Of a stretch of 64,000 nucleotides of DNA, positions 9,326-18,020 are shown in pieces. Below the pieces are notes generated by a model. That model was not told where the DNA came from and did no database searches. It worked only from the letters and a program-made list of their open reading frames with translations. The DNA is from a virus. Numbering within the stretch: position 1 is the first letter of the stretch; every line of letters starts with the position of its first letter. Both the position numbers and the translations under genes were made by a program. The stretch lies in IMG/VR virus record IMGVR_UViG_3300042475_004151; one strand, 5' to 3'.

Positions 9326-9559
9326 TTAAATATAATCATTAACATCGTAACAATGTCTATCTGGGTAAATTTCAATAATTGAATCTTTATACTCGTTTAA
9401 ATTCCATTCAAACTGTTCACGAGATTTACATGGATAGTCTACAGTTTCAAACTTATTTATTTTTCTACAAATACGAACAATATCATATATATCAATATAA
9501 CCTGTTCTTTGAGCATTAAATAATTGATCATCTGTTTCAAAAGTAAATGTGTAATTCAT
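9326..9559 (-). CDS. Small hypothetical early protein
   Basis: ORF with its own promoter copy and A-rich leader. Confidence 0.7.
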   Translation of the reverse strand: MNYTFTFETDDQLFNAQRTGYIDIYDIVRICRKINKFETVDYPCKSREQFEWNLNEYKDSIIEIYPDRHCYDVNDYI

Positions 9560-9581
9560 AACCTTAATTTTTATTTATATC

Positions 9582-9608
9582 TAAATATAGTGAAGAAATC
9601 GCGGTCAA
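9582..9608 (-). promoter_or_regulatory. Early-type promoter TTGACC-N13-TATATTTA
   Basis: TTGACC GCGATTTCTTCAC TATATTTA; one of 23 copies with a fixed 13-nt spacer. Confidence 0.8.
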
Positions 9609-9833
9609 TCAATTTATACTTACGATATTAATTGTTTCTGATATTAATTTAACTGCTGCTCTATATTTATCTAATTCATTCTCAGTCATTTGTTCAAATA
9701 ATATATATATTTGACACTCTTTTTCATATAACTTATTAAATCTTGGATTTTCAGTGTCCATTGTGTCTAATTCTATTGTTTCTACAAACAAATTAACTGC
9801 GTCTTGTACTAATTGTATGTTCATATCTTTCAT
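9609..9833 (-). CDS. Small hypothetical early protein
   Basis: ORF with its own promoter copy. Confidence 0.7.
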   Translation of the reverse strand: MKDMNIQLVQDAVNLFVETIELDTMDTENPRFNKLYEKECQIYILFEQMTENELDKYRAAVKLISETINIVSIN

Positions 9834-9846
9834 TTTTTATTATAAT

Positions 9847-9873
9847 TAAAGATAGTAAATGAGTCGCGGTCAA
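9847..9873 (-). promoter_or_regulatory. Early-type promoter TTGACC-N13-TATCTTTA
   Basis: TTGACC GCGACTCATTTAC TATCTTTA. Confidence 0.8.
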
Positions 9874-9877
9874 TCAA

Positions 9878-10072
9878 TTAATATCCACGCTCCATTCTCC
9901 ATACTCTTTCGTGATGTTCATGTTCAGAGTATACATTAATATTCAACCATCCCCTATCACCGTATAAATTATTCAAATATTTACGATCTAATTCTGGGTC
10001 AAACGATAGTACAATTTCGCGTTCTTCGTTGGTTAAAATCTCTTTTGTGTCTATTAATTCTTGTGCGTTCAT
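9878..10072 (-). CDS. Small hypothetical early protein
   Basis: ORF with its own promoter copy. Confidence 0.7.
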   Translation of the reverse strand: MNAQELIDTKEILTNEEREIVLSFDPELDRKYLNNLYGDRGWLNINVYSEHEHHERVWRMERGY

Positions 10073-10095
10073 ATCTTTCGCTTTTTTATTATAAT

Positions 10096-10122
10096 TAAAG
10101 ATATGTTGAGAGTCGCGGTCAG
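10096..10122 (-). promoter_or_regulatory. Early-type promoter CTGACC-N13-TATCTTTA
   Basis: CTGACC GCGACTCTCAACA TATCTTTA. Confidence 0.75.
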
Positions 10123-10371
10123 TTAAACTGATGGAGATAGTTCAGGAGTTGTATCAGGTGTTGGGTCAGGAATATCTATATTTTGAATATTTCCTTCAGT
10201 ATATCTTACTCCATCTGGGTTTAATGTTCCCATTTTATTAGCGAAATAAACGTTCGCTTCTTCCATTGTTGTAAAATCAGTAAATGAATCAATGTATAAA
10301 ATATTATTTCCATCTGTATCATATTGGTCTGGTAATAACCATCCTAAATTTACTCGTTTTAATCTAGCCAT
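10123..10371 (-). CDS. Small hypothetical late protein
   Basis: ORF; ATATTTAT motif upstream at 10394-10401. Confidence 0.65.
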   Translation of the reverse strand: MARLKRVNLGWLLPDQYDTDGNNILYIDSFTDFTTMEEANVYFANKMGTLNPDGVRYTEGNIQNIDIPDPTPDTTPELSPSV

Positions 10372-10455
10372 AGTGTATAAAATTTATTTTAATATAAATA
10401 TACTAAAAATTATATCAACTTCCTAATTTATTTTATTTTAATTGATTATTATATA

Positions 10456-11661
10456 TTATTGTCCTTTAGATGGAAAACGAGTCCATCCAATAATCCATGA
10501 TGGTCTCGCTAAAGCTTCCATTTCTAATTTAGTATATGATACTTGTTTATTACCACTAGCTAATGCTTTTGTTTTAACTTCTAATGAAGTTAATATAGTT
10601 GTTGCTTTGGAAATGAAATTTAAAGTAGAATCATATGCTTGAATTTCATTATTTTCAAACTTACTAACACCATCTTTATATGCTTGAGCAGTTTCATTTG
10701 ATTCCATACTAAATCCACCCTTCATATATCCTAATATTTTAGAATTAGTAATAGTAAACTGTGTTGCTCTTCTCCAACGTAAACCTAAATTATGATTTGC
10801 TAAAGCATAAACATCAAATGGACCTACTAACACCATACCTGTTAATTTAGGATGAGTAGATGGTTGTGCTGGTGATCCAGTACCATCATTATCACATTCA
10901 ATACCATTACCTGCGTCACCATTATCTACAAATTGGGGATCACGTTTTGATATGCTATTAGTAACAGTACCTGTATAACCAAAATCAAAATCGTAGTCAT
11001 CATCTGCAGTTGCGAATGCATATAGATTTTTAGGAGAAACAGTTCCACCAAAAAATTCAAACGCATCATCATTAGCATATACTGTTTGTACATTTTCAAT
11101 TATAGTACCACTACCTACAGCACCTAATGTTAAAGCATTAATTTCTGAGTTGGGTAATGCTGCTACACCAGCATATTCAATTCTTACATATTTTAGAATA
11201 CCACTATTATCAGTATCATTTGTTCCTCCATAAGGACGACCAATGCCGCCTTCAATTGTTGGTTCTGAAGAGCGGTTTGTTTTAGCACGGCCTAGAATTA
11301 CAATACCTCCCCAATCTCCTGGTGATTTTTCACCTGATGATTTACCTGAGGTAAATACAATTGGTTTTGTAATTGTACCTTCAGCTAATATTTGGGCTCC
11401 TCTTTCAATACATAATGCACCTTTCTCAGCAATATCACTTATAATTATAGTACCTGGTTGTATAATAATTTTTGCTCCGTCAGTTATATAGACATATCCT
11501 TTTAAAGTCCATACTTTATCTGATGTTAAAGTGATAGTTGTGTTAATGTTACCACTAAGAGTAGTGTTTGAAGGTACATTAATTGGTCCTTCATTTCCAC
11601 CTAATTCTTTTGTACATGAGAATAATCCAATGATAGCTAATAATGTTAATATCTTTTTCAT
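10456..11661 (-). CDS. Bacteroidota-type surface lipoprotein with predicted beta-helix
   Basis: Lipoprotein signal MKKILTLLAIIGLFS-C; GDWGGIVILG, DNSGILKYVRIEYAG, NDDAFEFFGG, DDDYDFD. Confidence 0.8.
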   Translation of the reverse strand: MKKILTLLAIIGLFSCTKELGGNEGPINVPSNTTLSGNINTTITLTSDKVWTLKGYVYITDGAKIIIQPGTIIISDIAEKGALCIERGAQILAEGTITKPIVFTSGKSSGEKSPGDWGGIVILGRAKTNRSSEPTIEGGIGRPYGGTNDTDNSGILKYVRIEYAGVAALPNSEINALTLGAVGSGTIIENVQTVYANDDAFEFFGGTVSPKNLYAFATADDDYDFDFGYTGTVTNSISKRDPQFVDNGDAGNGIECDNDGTGSPAQPSTHPKLTGMVLVGPFDVYALANHNLGLRWRRATQFTITNSKILGYMKGGFSMESNETAQAYKDGVSKFENNEIQAYDSTLNFISKATTILTSLEVKTKALASGNKQVSYTKLEMEALARPSWIIGWTRFPSKGQ

Positions 11662-13904
11662 AAATTAAAATTAATTGTTAATGAGATTGTTTGTTCGTTA
11701 TTTGTTGTTATTAAGTTGCCTTTAGTTTTTTGATAATATATTGAAGGTTGAGCGAAAACATCGTTTATAGCAATCTTAATTTCGCTTTTATTTATTTTTC
11801 TTAGGTATACTATATCTAAGATATTCCTACTATTTTCAAATATATCTGAGTAGCCTTGAAATCCAACAGCAGATAATCTATCACCTACACGATTATATGT
11901 AATGTTTAGTGTATTTTTATTTTTATGGAAATTTAAACCACCATTTATAATATAATTTGATTGTCCTTGTAGTTGCCTTTTTATATTATTTATCTTTACC
12001 TCAGAGTGAATTAAAGAGGAATTGGTATAAAAATCTAACCAATTATTAATTTTTTTATGTAGTTCAAACTCAATACCATACACTGTTGCTTTGTTTGGGT
12101 TAGTAAAGGTAAGTAATAGGTTAGATGGAACAGATCCGTCAGCTACGATTTGTTCAATTGGTTTGATAAAATTCTTACTAAACAATGCTATAGATACATT
12201 TTCATCTGGTTTAGAGTAGTATTCGTATTTTAAATCTAAATTATATATGTCTGATTTTTCTAATTTGGAATTTCCTAATATTTGTGCATTACGAACAAAA
12301 TCATAGTAGGCAAAATTAGCTACTTCTCTAAATTCAGGACGTGCTAGTGTTTTACTAGCAGATAATCTAAATTTAGTTTTATCTAAATTATAAGATAAAT
12401 TTAATGATGGAAGTACATCTAAATATTTTCTATTTACATTTACTTTTTGACCACTAAAATCAGCTGTGTTAACATTAAATAGATTATATTCTGATCTTAA
12501 ACCAGTATTTAACTTCCACTTTCCAAAATCATTATCATACATTGCATATGTAGTTGCTAAATCAAAATCGGCTTTATACTTATCTGTATTGTTAGTGATT
12601 TCATTTAACATATCTGCTGCCTCATATCTGAATATTCTAGCTTGGAAATTTCTTATTTTTTTAAGATAATTTGCTCCAATTTTTATATTATTAAATACTT
12701 TATTTACACCACCATTAAAACTATTTTCATCCATTATACTCCAAAAACGATATGTATCTCTCCAAGCTACAGTATATGGTTCATTTATACTTAATGATTT
12801 TGTAATTGGATTAACTCTATAATCTGGTTGATCACGTAGCATTAAGTTATAACCTAAATTAAAATCTAATGTTTTAATTTTACCTTCAAATTGAGAGTTT
12901 ATAACTGTTTTAATTACATGATTAGATGCATTACTTCTTACATCTTGAACATTATCATAATTATCCCCATTACGAGTTAGATATAGTTGTTCTATTTGAT
13001 GATTAAATAATGTCTTTAAGCTATATTTGTTTTTACCTATGTAAGTGATATTAGCTAATCCATTTAATAATTGAGTAGTAGAGTAAGAAGTATCTTTATA
13101 CTTATATGCTAACTCAGTTGATGATTGGTAGTCTTGTCTATCAGTATAATTTATTGAATATGAATTTCTATATAATGAACTGAATATTAGATTCCATTTA
13201 TTCTTTTTTAGTCCAAAAGAAAATGAACTGTTTGTATTTGGTATAGAATTAATAATTTTCATTGTAGGTGAATTAACTAATCGAGTATAAGCTCGTTTAT
13301 CACCATTACTACCTATGCGGAATTGATATGTAGAAGGAAAATTTTGTGGGAAAGGAGTATATTCCACGGATTTGAATTTTTGGAACGTAGACACTGTTCC
13401 ATAACTTAATCCTGTGTTTAAAGAAAAAAAACGGCTAGATACATCTTTAGTTGTTATTTGAACTATACCTCCTGCAAAGTCACCTGGTAGATTAGCAGCT
13501 GCTGATTTAGCGATAATAATATTATCAATTAATCCTGCGGGTATAATGTCAAATGAAAATGCTCTTCTATCTGGTTCAGTTGATGGGAGTAGTGTTTTAT
13601 TTAGTAAGGCTAGATTATATCTATCTGCTAAACCACGCACTAATACAAACTTATCATTTTGAATAGTAACACCATTTATTCTTTTAAGAACATCACCAAC
13701 AGTACGGTCTGGTGTTTTTTTAATAAATTCAATTGATATCCCATCAGAAACAACAGAGCTGTTCCTAATTATGTTAAGAACAGCTGCATTGTTATCTTTT
13801 TTAGTTACTGAGGTAACTGTAATATTGTCTAACTTTTTGTTGAATATTGTATCTTGAGAAAATAAAAATAAAGGACACAACAATAAAAATAATAAATGTT
13901 TCAA
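11658..13904 (-). CDS. TonB-dependent outer membrane receptor
   Basis: Signal peptide; plug motifs VRGLADRYN and PGDFAGGIVQITT; barrel motifs LPSLNLSY, KTLARPEFRE, NLDLKYEYY; C-terminal amphipathic strand; TTG start. Confidence 0.9.
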   Translation of the reverse strand: MKHLLFLLLCPLFLFSQDTIFNKKLDNITVTSVTKKDNNAAVLNIIRNSSVVSDGISIEFIKKTPDRTVGDVLKRINGVTIQNDKFVLVRGLADRYNLALLNKTLLPSTEPDRRAFSFDIIPAGLIDNIIIAKSAAANLPGDFAGGIVQITTKDVSSRFFSLNTGLSYGTVSTFQKFKSVEYTPFPQNFPSTYQFRIGSNGDKRAYTRLVNSPTMKIINSIPNTNSSFSFGLKKNKWNLIFSSLYRNSYSINYTDRQDYQSSTELAYKYKDTSYSTTQLLNGLANITYIGKNKYSLKTLFNHQIEQLYLTRNGDNYDNVQDVRSNASNHVIKTVINSQFEGKIKTLDFNLGYNLMLRDQPDYRVNPITKSLSINEPYTVAWRDTYRFWSIMDENSFNGGVNKVFNNIKIGANYLKKIRNFQARIFRYEAADMLNEITNNTDKYKADFDLATTYAMYDNDFGKWKLNTGLRSEYNLFNVNTADFSGQKVNVNRKYLDVLPSLNLSYNLDKTKFRLSASKTLARPEFREVANFAYYDFVRNAQILGNSKLEKSDIYNLDLKYEYYSKPDENVSIALFSKNFIKPIEQIVADGSVPSNLLLTFTNPNKATVYGIEFELHKKINNWLDFYTNSSLIHSEVKINNIKRQLQGQSNYIINGGLNFHKNKNTLNITYNRVGDRLSAVGFQGYSDIFENSRNILDIVYLRKINKSEIKIAINDVFAQPSIYYQKTKGNLITTNNEQTISLTINFNL

Positions 13905-13946
13905 TTAAGTGAATTTGATTCACTAATAATTATTTATCAAATGTTA

Positions 13947-14729
13947 TTAAATTATCTTAATACTAATAGGTAATGATTCAGTCATAGGCTTAGAATTTGG
14001 ATTTTCTAATTTATATATTTTATATATATTCATGAACATTTCAAAATTATCATCAATATTACTTATATGTTTTAGTTCCCATCCTTTACCTTGTATCTTA
14101 TCTCCTTTACCTTCACTACGTGTAGATGCTTTAAGCCATAGAATACCTGTCTCTTCAATTGTAGTATCATGAGTTTCATTCCATGCTTTAGCATAAGCTG
14201 CTAATTGTAAATTATGTGATGTATGAAGTGAATTAGATGTTTTAATATCTAATAACCATAATTTATCATTTATTTTACAAATAATATCTGTAGTACCAGC
14301 GTATTTAAATTCATCTGAGAATACATGATATTCAGTTACTACTAATTCTGGTTTGTGTGTGTTCCAAAAGTCTGCAAATTTAAGAATCATTTTCCATGTG
14401 TCTAGACTATATAAAGCTTTTCCATATTCATCTAACCAATGGATTTCACCTCCATTAAGAAAGGTATCAACTGCATTATGTACTTGAGTACCTTCTGAAG
14501 CTGCTTTGTTAGCTATTATTTCACTATTATGACCTACATCTTTTAACCAGTTATGGAAAAATTGATTTTTAGGAAAGAAATTTAATACTGATGTAACAGA
14601 TGGATAATATTCTTCTCCGCGTCTGTAAAATCTACTATCTAAAACATTTACTTGTTTATCTCCCTCATTGTATTCTACAATTCGTTTGATTTTTGGATCT
14701 TTAATGATATTAACGTTTTTGTCTATCAT
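13947..14729 (-). CDS. PD-(D/E)xK exonuclease
   Basis: YPSVTSVL, GTQVH, YAGTTD, LLDIKTS, QLAAYA. Confidence 0.8.
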   Translation of the reverse strand: MIDKNVNIIKDPKIKRIVEYNEGDKQVNVLDSRFYRRGEEYYPSVTSVLNFFPKNQFFHNWLKDVGHNSEIIANKAASEGTQVHNAVDTFLNGGEIHWLDEYGKALYSLDTWKMILKFADFWNTHKPELVVTEYHVFSDEFKYAGTTDIICKINDKLWLLDIKTSNSLHTSHNLQLAAYAKAWNETHDTTIEETGILWLKASTRSEGKGDKIQGKGWELKHISNIDDNFEMFMNIYKIYKLENPNSKPMTESLPISIKII

Positions 14730-15664
14730 GCTAATTCGAGTTTTTTGTAAATTAGTTCACCTAAACTTAATTGTTCGGCGTCATGAACTAACGTGGTGAA
14801 TTTTTCAAATCCCATATCAGAGGGATCCTTGTCTTGCAAATCAATTAAATAAACGTCTTTACCTAGATTGAGTAATTGTTCAGCGTATTGTAAAGCATCT
14901 TTTAAAGCGTCCTTATCTAAAGATACGTATACTGTTTTAACTTGTGGATCAATTAGTTTCATCATTAATGCTCTTGGTATTGTTTTACCTAATAATGGTA
15001 CTGCATTGCGTTTAATAGCAATAGCATCAAACATACCTTCACATAATATAACAGGAACATTCCAATTAATGAAATATTCAAGACCAATCATTTCATTCTT
15101 ATTACATTTAGGAGCATCATATTTTTTTGTTGAGTCAGGATTTAAATCCCTGGCTATAAAATAATTTATACTTCCGTCTTTATCATAAGATGGTATAATA
15201 ACTCTATTGGCATATCTGCCTTCTTCACAATAACCTATATTATATTTCAATATATCTGACTTGGTGATACCTCGTTTTTTTAAATACATTAAAGCGTGTT
15301 TAGCGACGATATCTGTACGTTGTAGGTTAATAAGTGGTTTATATTCTTTAGGTAAATGTATTTTATTAATAACAATTTCTTTCTCTTCTTGAGTTGATGA
15401 AAAATTCAACATTGATTTCAACTCAGCTATCTTATATGTGGGTGACTTTGCTTTTTTAAATAAACCTACTAATGTTTTTCCTTTAGCATTACAAACCCAA
15501 CAATGCCAAAAATTTTCTCCTTTAGAGTTAGGCACAACATTTACTTCCAATTTCATTTTATGATGTGTACAGAAAGGACACTTATAAGCATAGTTATTAT
15601 TACTAGTTTTTTTACCAGTACCTAACACACTATTTATTGTATGTAATAAGGCCGCGTTAGTCAT
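14726..15664 (-). CDS. DNA primase (Zn finger plus TOPRIM)
   Basis: CPFC..H..CWVC zinc domain; YLKKRGI; LCEGMFDA; SLDKDA; KDPSD. Confidence 0.9.
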   Translation of the reverse strand: MTNAALLHTINSVLGTGKKTSNNNYAYKCPFCTHHKMKLEVNVVPNSKGENFWHCWVCNAKGKTLVGLFKKAKSPTYKIAELKSMLNFSSTQEEKEIVINKIHLPKEYKPLINLQRTDIVAKHALMYLKKRGITKSDILKYNIGYCEEGRYANRVIIPSYDKDGSINYFIARDLNPDSTKKYDAPKCNKNEMIGLEYFINWNVPVILCEGMFDAIAIKRNAVPLLGKTIPRALMMKLIDPQVKTVYVSLDKDALKDALQYAEQLLNLGKDVYLIDLQDKDPSDMGFEKFTTLVHDAEQLSLGELIYKKLELA

Positions 15665-15691
15665 AACGGATAATATAATAAATTATCTTTA

Positions 15692-16144
15692 CTAAGCAAA
15701 GTCTTTACGGAAATACTTTCCAGCTATATTATCATTGTAGCTATTGTCTGTGAATAAAACATTGTATGTTATTTGTTCTTGCAATTCAAAATATGTAAGT
15801 TGTTTTTTGTTTTTAGCTAGATGTATTATAACACGTTCAAATTTATCTTCACCTAATAACTTAATATCAGTTAATAATTCTTTAGATGAACCATAATATG
15901 ATTTCCATCCACTATCTACTTGATCAATTCGTGTTGTAGCTCGACGTCCTGGACCTGATTGTTCAGCGATTTCTTTTTTGGTGAGTTTTTTCTTTTTATT
16001 ATGAATAAATGCTTTTTTACCTATATAAAACTTATTTGTTTCTAAATTAGTAATTATATAAGTGAAACCATAATATCCATTAATTTGATCTTCAGGAAAT
16101 GGTTCTACACTTCCATCATCTAAATACCATAACCATCTTTTCAT
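15692..16144 (-). CDS. GIY-YIG (Seg-like) nuclease
   Basis: YGFTYIITN..FYIGKK..WKSYYGSS..YNDNI. Confidence 0.75.
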   Translation of the reverse strand: MKRWLWYLDDGSVEPFPEDQINGYYGFTYIITNLETNKFYIGKKAFIHNKKKKLTKKEIAEQSGPGRRATTRIDQVDSGWKSYYGSSKELLTDIKLLGEDKFERVIIHLAKNKKQLTYFELQEQITYNVLFTDNSYNDNIAGKYFRKDFA

Positions 16145-16159
16145 AAACTTATTTTATTT

Positions 16160-16855
16160 TTAACATGTAAAAGTACTAATAAAGAATGCTTTAGTTCTAT
16201 TACTATTCATAGGAATTGTTGAGAAACACAAATCTGATCCTGCTGTTGGACAGTTTGTGGTGTTATCAGTATTAACAGCGTGTCTATATTGATAACCAAA
16301 TTCATTAATGGCTCTTACATAAACTATAGTTCCACTATTAAATGATTGAGCTCCTTTAAATGTACAATTTCCAGGATATCCACTAAATGGTCCTAAATCA
16401 GTCCAAGGACCAGTACTACTTACTGTTGAATATTGTAATTTAGTAGCATTAGAAGGTAAAGAGGAATCATTTAAAGCAAATGTAGTTAAAGTATAACGTG
16501 TAGGTGATGAAGCAGATGTTGTCACACTAGGTGTTACAGTTTTAGATGGAGTAGGTGTTGGTGTTTTTGTTATAGAAGGTGTAATTGTTATACTTGGTGT
16601 GATACTAGGAGTTGCTAATGGTGTTGCTGAAATACTAATACTTGGAGTTACACTTGGTGTTACACTTGGTGTTCTACTTAATGCTGGTGTTCTACTAGGA
16701 GAAATAGAAGGTAAAGGACAAAATACATAATCTAAAACAGGTGCTATATAATCAGGATCACCTATATCATTAGATTTGATTAAACCTGTAGCCACACCAT
16801 TATCTAAATAGTATTCTTCTAGGTTTGCATATGCTTTATATCCTGTATTTGACAT
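16160..16855 (-). CDS. Virion-associated protein with Ser/Thr/Pro linker and Cys-containing C-terminal domain
   Basis: TPS[VI] repeats; located in the structural gene block. Confidence 0.65.
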   Translation of the reverse strand: MSNTGYKAYANLEEYYLDNGVATGLIKSNDIGDPDYIAPVLDYVFCPLPSISPSRTPALSRTPSVTPSVTPSISISATPLATPSITPSITITPSITKTPTPTPSKTVTPSVTTSASSPTRYTLTTFALNDSSLPSNATKLQYSTVSSTGPWTDLGPFSGYPGNCTFKGAQSFNSGTIVYVRAINEFGYQYRHAVNTDNTTNCPTAGSDLCFSTIPMNSNRTKAFFISTFTC

Positions 16856-16889
16856 TTTTATTTATTGTACTGTTTTATTAAATTCTATA

Positions 16890-18014
16890 TTAACAAGTAA
16901 TACCAATCGCTGACCCTACTATACCAGTTGTTGTTCCTAACATATAAATTGAACTTCCACTATTAGCTTCAACTATATAAGTATAACCTTGAACTTCATT
17001 AATTAAAGTAGGGTCTGTATAGACTGTATTACCAGGTGAAATTCCAACATTAAAAGTCGTATAAACTAACTGTTGTGATACAGAACATATTGCTGGATAT
17101 CCTGTATTGTTTAGTCTAACATTATGAGATGAATATAATACTCCACAATCACATCCTCCCCCAGTTAAATATCCAGCACCACCATTTAATGATACAGGTA
17201 AATCAGTAGCGTTGCATATACAGATGTAATCACCAACTTCTTGATAAGTATATAAATCATTTCCATTACAATCTTTCCAATAGAAATTACCTGATACTGA
17301 GATATAATATTCTCTTGGAGCAGGACATGGTGGTGAAGAAGATGGTGTTATACTAGGTGTTACACTAGGTGTAATACTTATTGATGTACTTATACTAACA
17401 CTAGGTGTTACTGATATTGATGTTCCTTGTGAAACAGATACTGTTATACTAGGTGTTACACTAGGTGTAATACTTGGTGATTTACTCACACTTGGTGAGA
17501 CAGAAGGTGTTTTACTTATTGATATACTTGGAGTCACACTAGGTGTAGCTGGTATACTAGCAGGTACTGAAGTAGATGGTGTTGAAGTAGGAGATGGAAT
17601 AAAGAATGTTTTTTCAATCCACTGTGTATCCCATTTTACCAAAAATGTCATATCAGTATTATCTGATATAGGCATAGGTGATGACATTTTAGCTATAGCT
17701 AATAAATCTTGAGAATCATTATATAACCCAATTGTAGTAACATATGGAGAAAAATCTGATCCTGATATAGAACCTGTAGTAAAATCTTTTAATATTCCAA
17801 AATATTCAGATCCCGTAGGATTATAAAATACACTACCATTGATAGAACTACTATATGGAACTAAAGCAGCTTGACTACCTGATAGTAAACTTGGATTATA
17901 ACTTAAATTAAATTCATAGTCCTTTATAGTACATTTCATAAAAGTTTCATAAACAACCATGCTGTTTTGAAATTTTATTCTTGTAATATTTGTATTTAAA
18001 GTCCTAGAATTCAT
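16890..18014 (-). CDS. Virion (tail/baseplate) protein with Ser/Thr/Pro linker and Cys-rich tip
   Basis: YVTTIGLYND..LLAIAK motif shared with 20050..21126; TPS repeats. Confidence 0.7.
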   Translation of the reverse strand: MNSRTLNTNITRIKFQNSMVVYETFMKCTIKDYEFNLSYNPSLLSGSQAALVPYSSSINGSVFYNPTGSEYFGILKDFTTGSISGSDFSPYVTTIGLYNDSQDLLAIAKMSSPMPISDNTDMTFLVKWDTQWIEKTFFIPSPTSTPSTSVPASIPATPSVTPSISISKTPSVSPSVSKSPSITPSVTPSITVSVSQGTSISVTPSVSISTSISITPSVTPSITPSSSPPCPAPREYYISVSGNFYWKDCNGNDLYTYQEVGDYICICNATDLPVSLNGGAGYLTGGGCDCGVLYSSHNVRLNNTGYPAICSVSQQLVYTTFNVGISPGNTVYTDPTLINEVQGYTYIVEANSGSSIYMLGTTTGIVGSAIGITC

Positions 18015-18020
18015 TTTTTA

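Noticed and set aside
13947-14729. Cas4 or CRISPR association of the PD-(D/E)xK nuclease
   Set aside because: No four-Cys Fe-S motif and no array; it sits beside the primase like a replication exonuclease.
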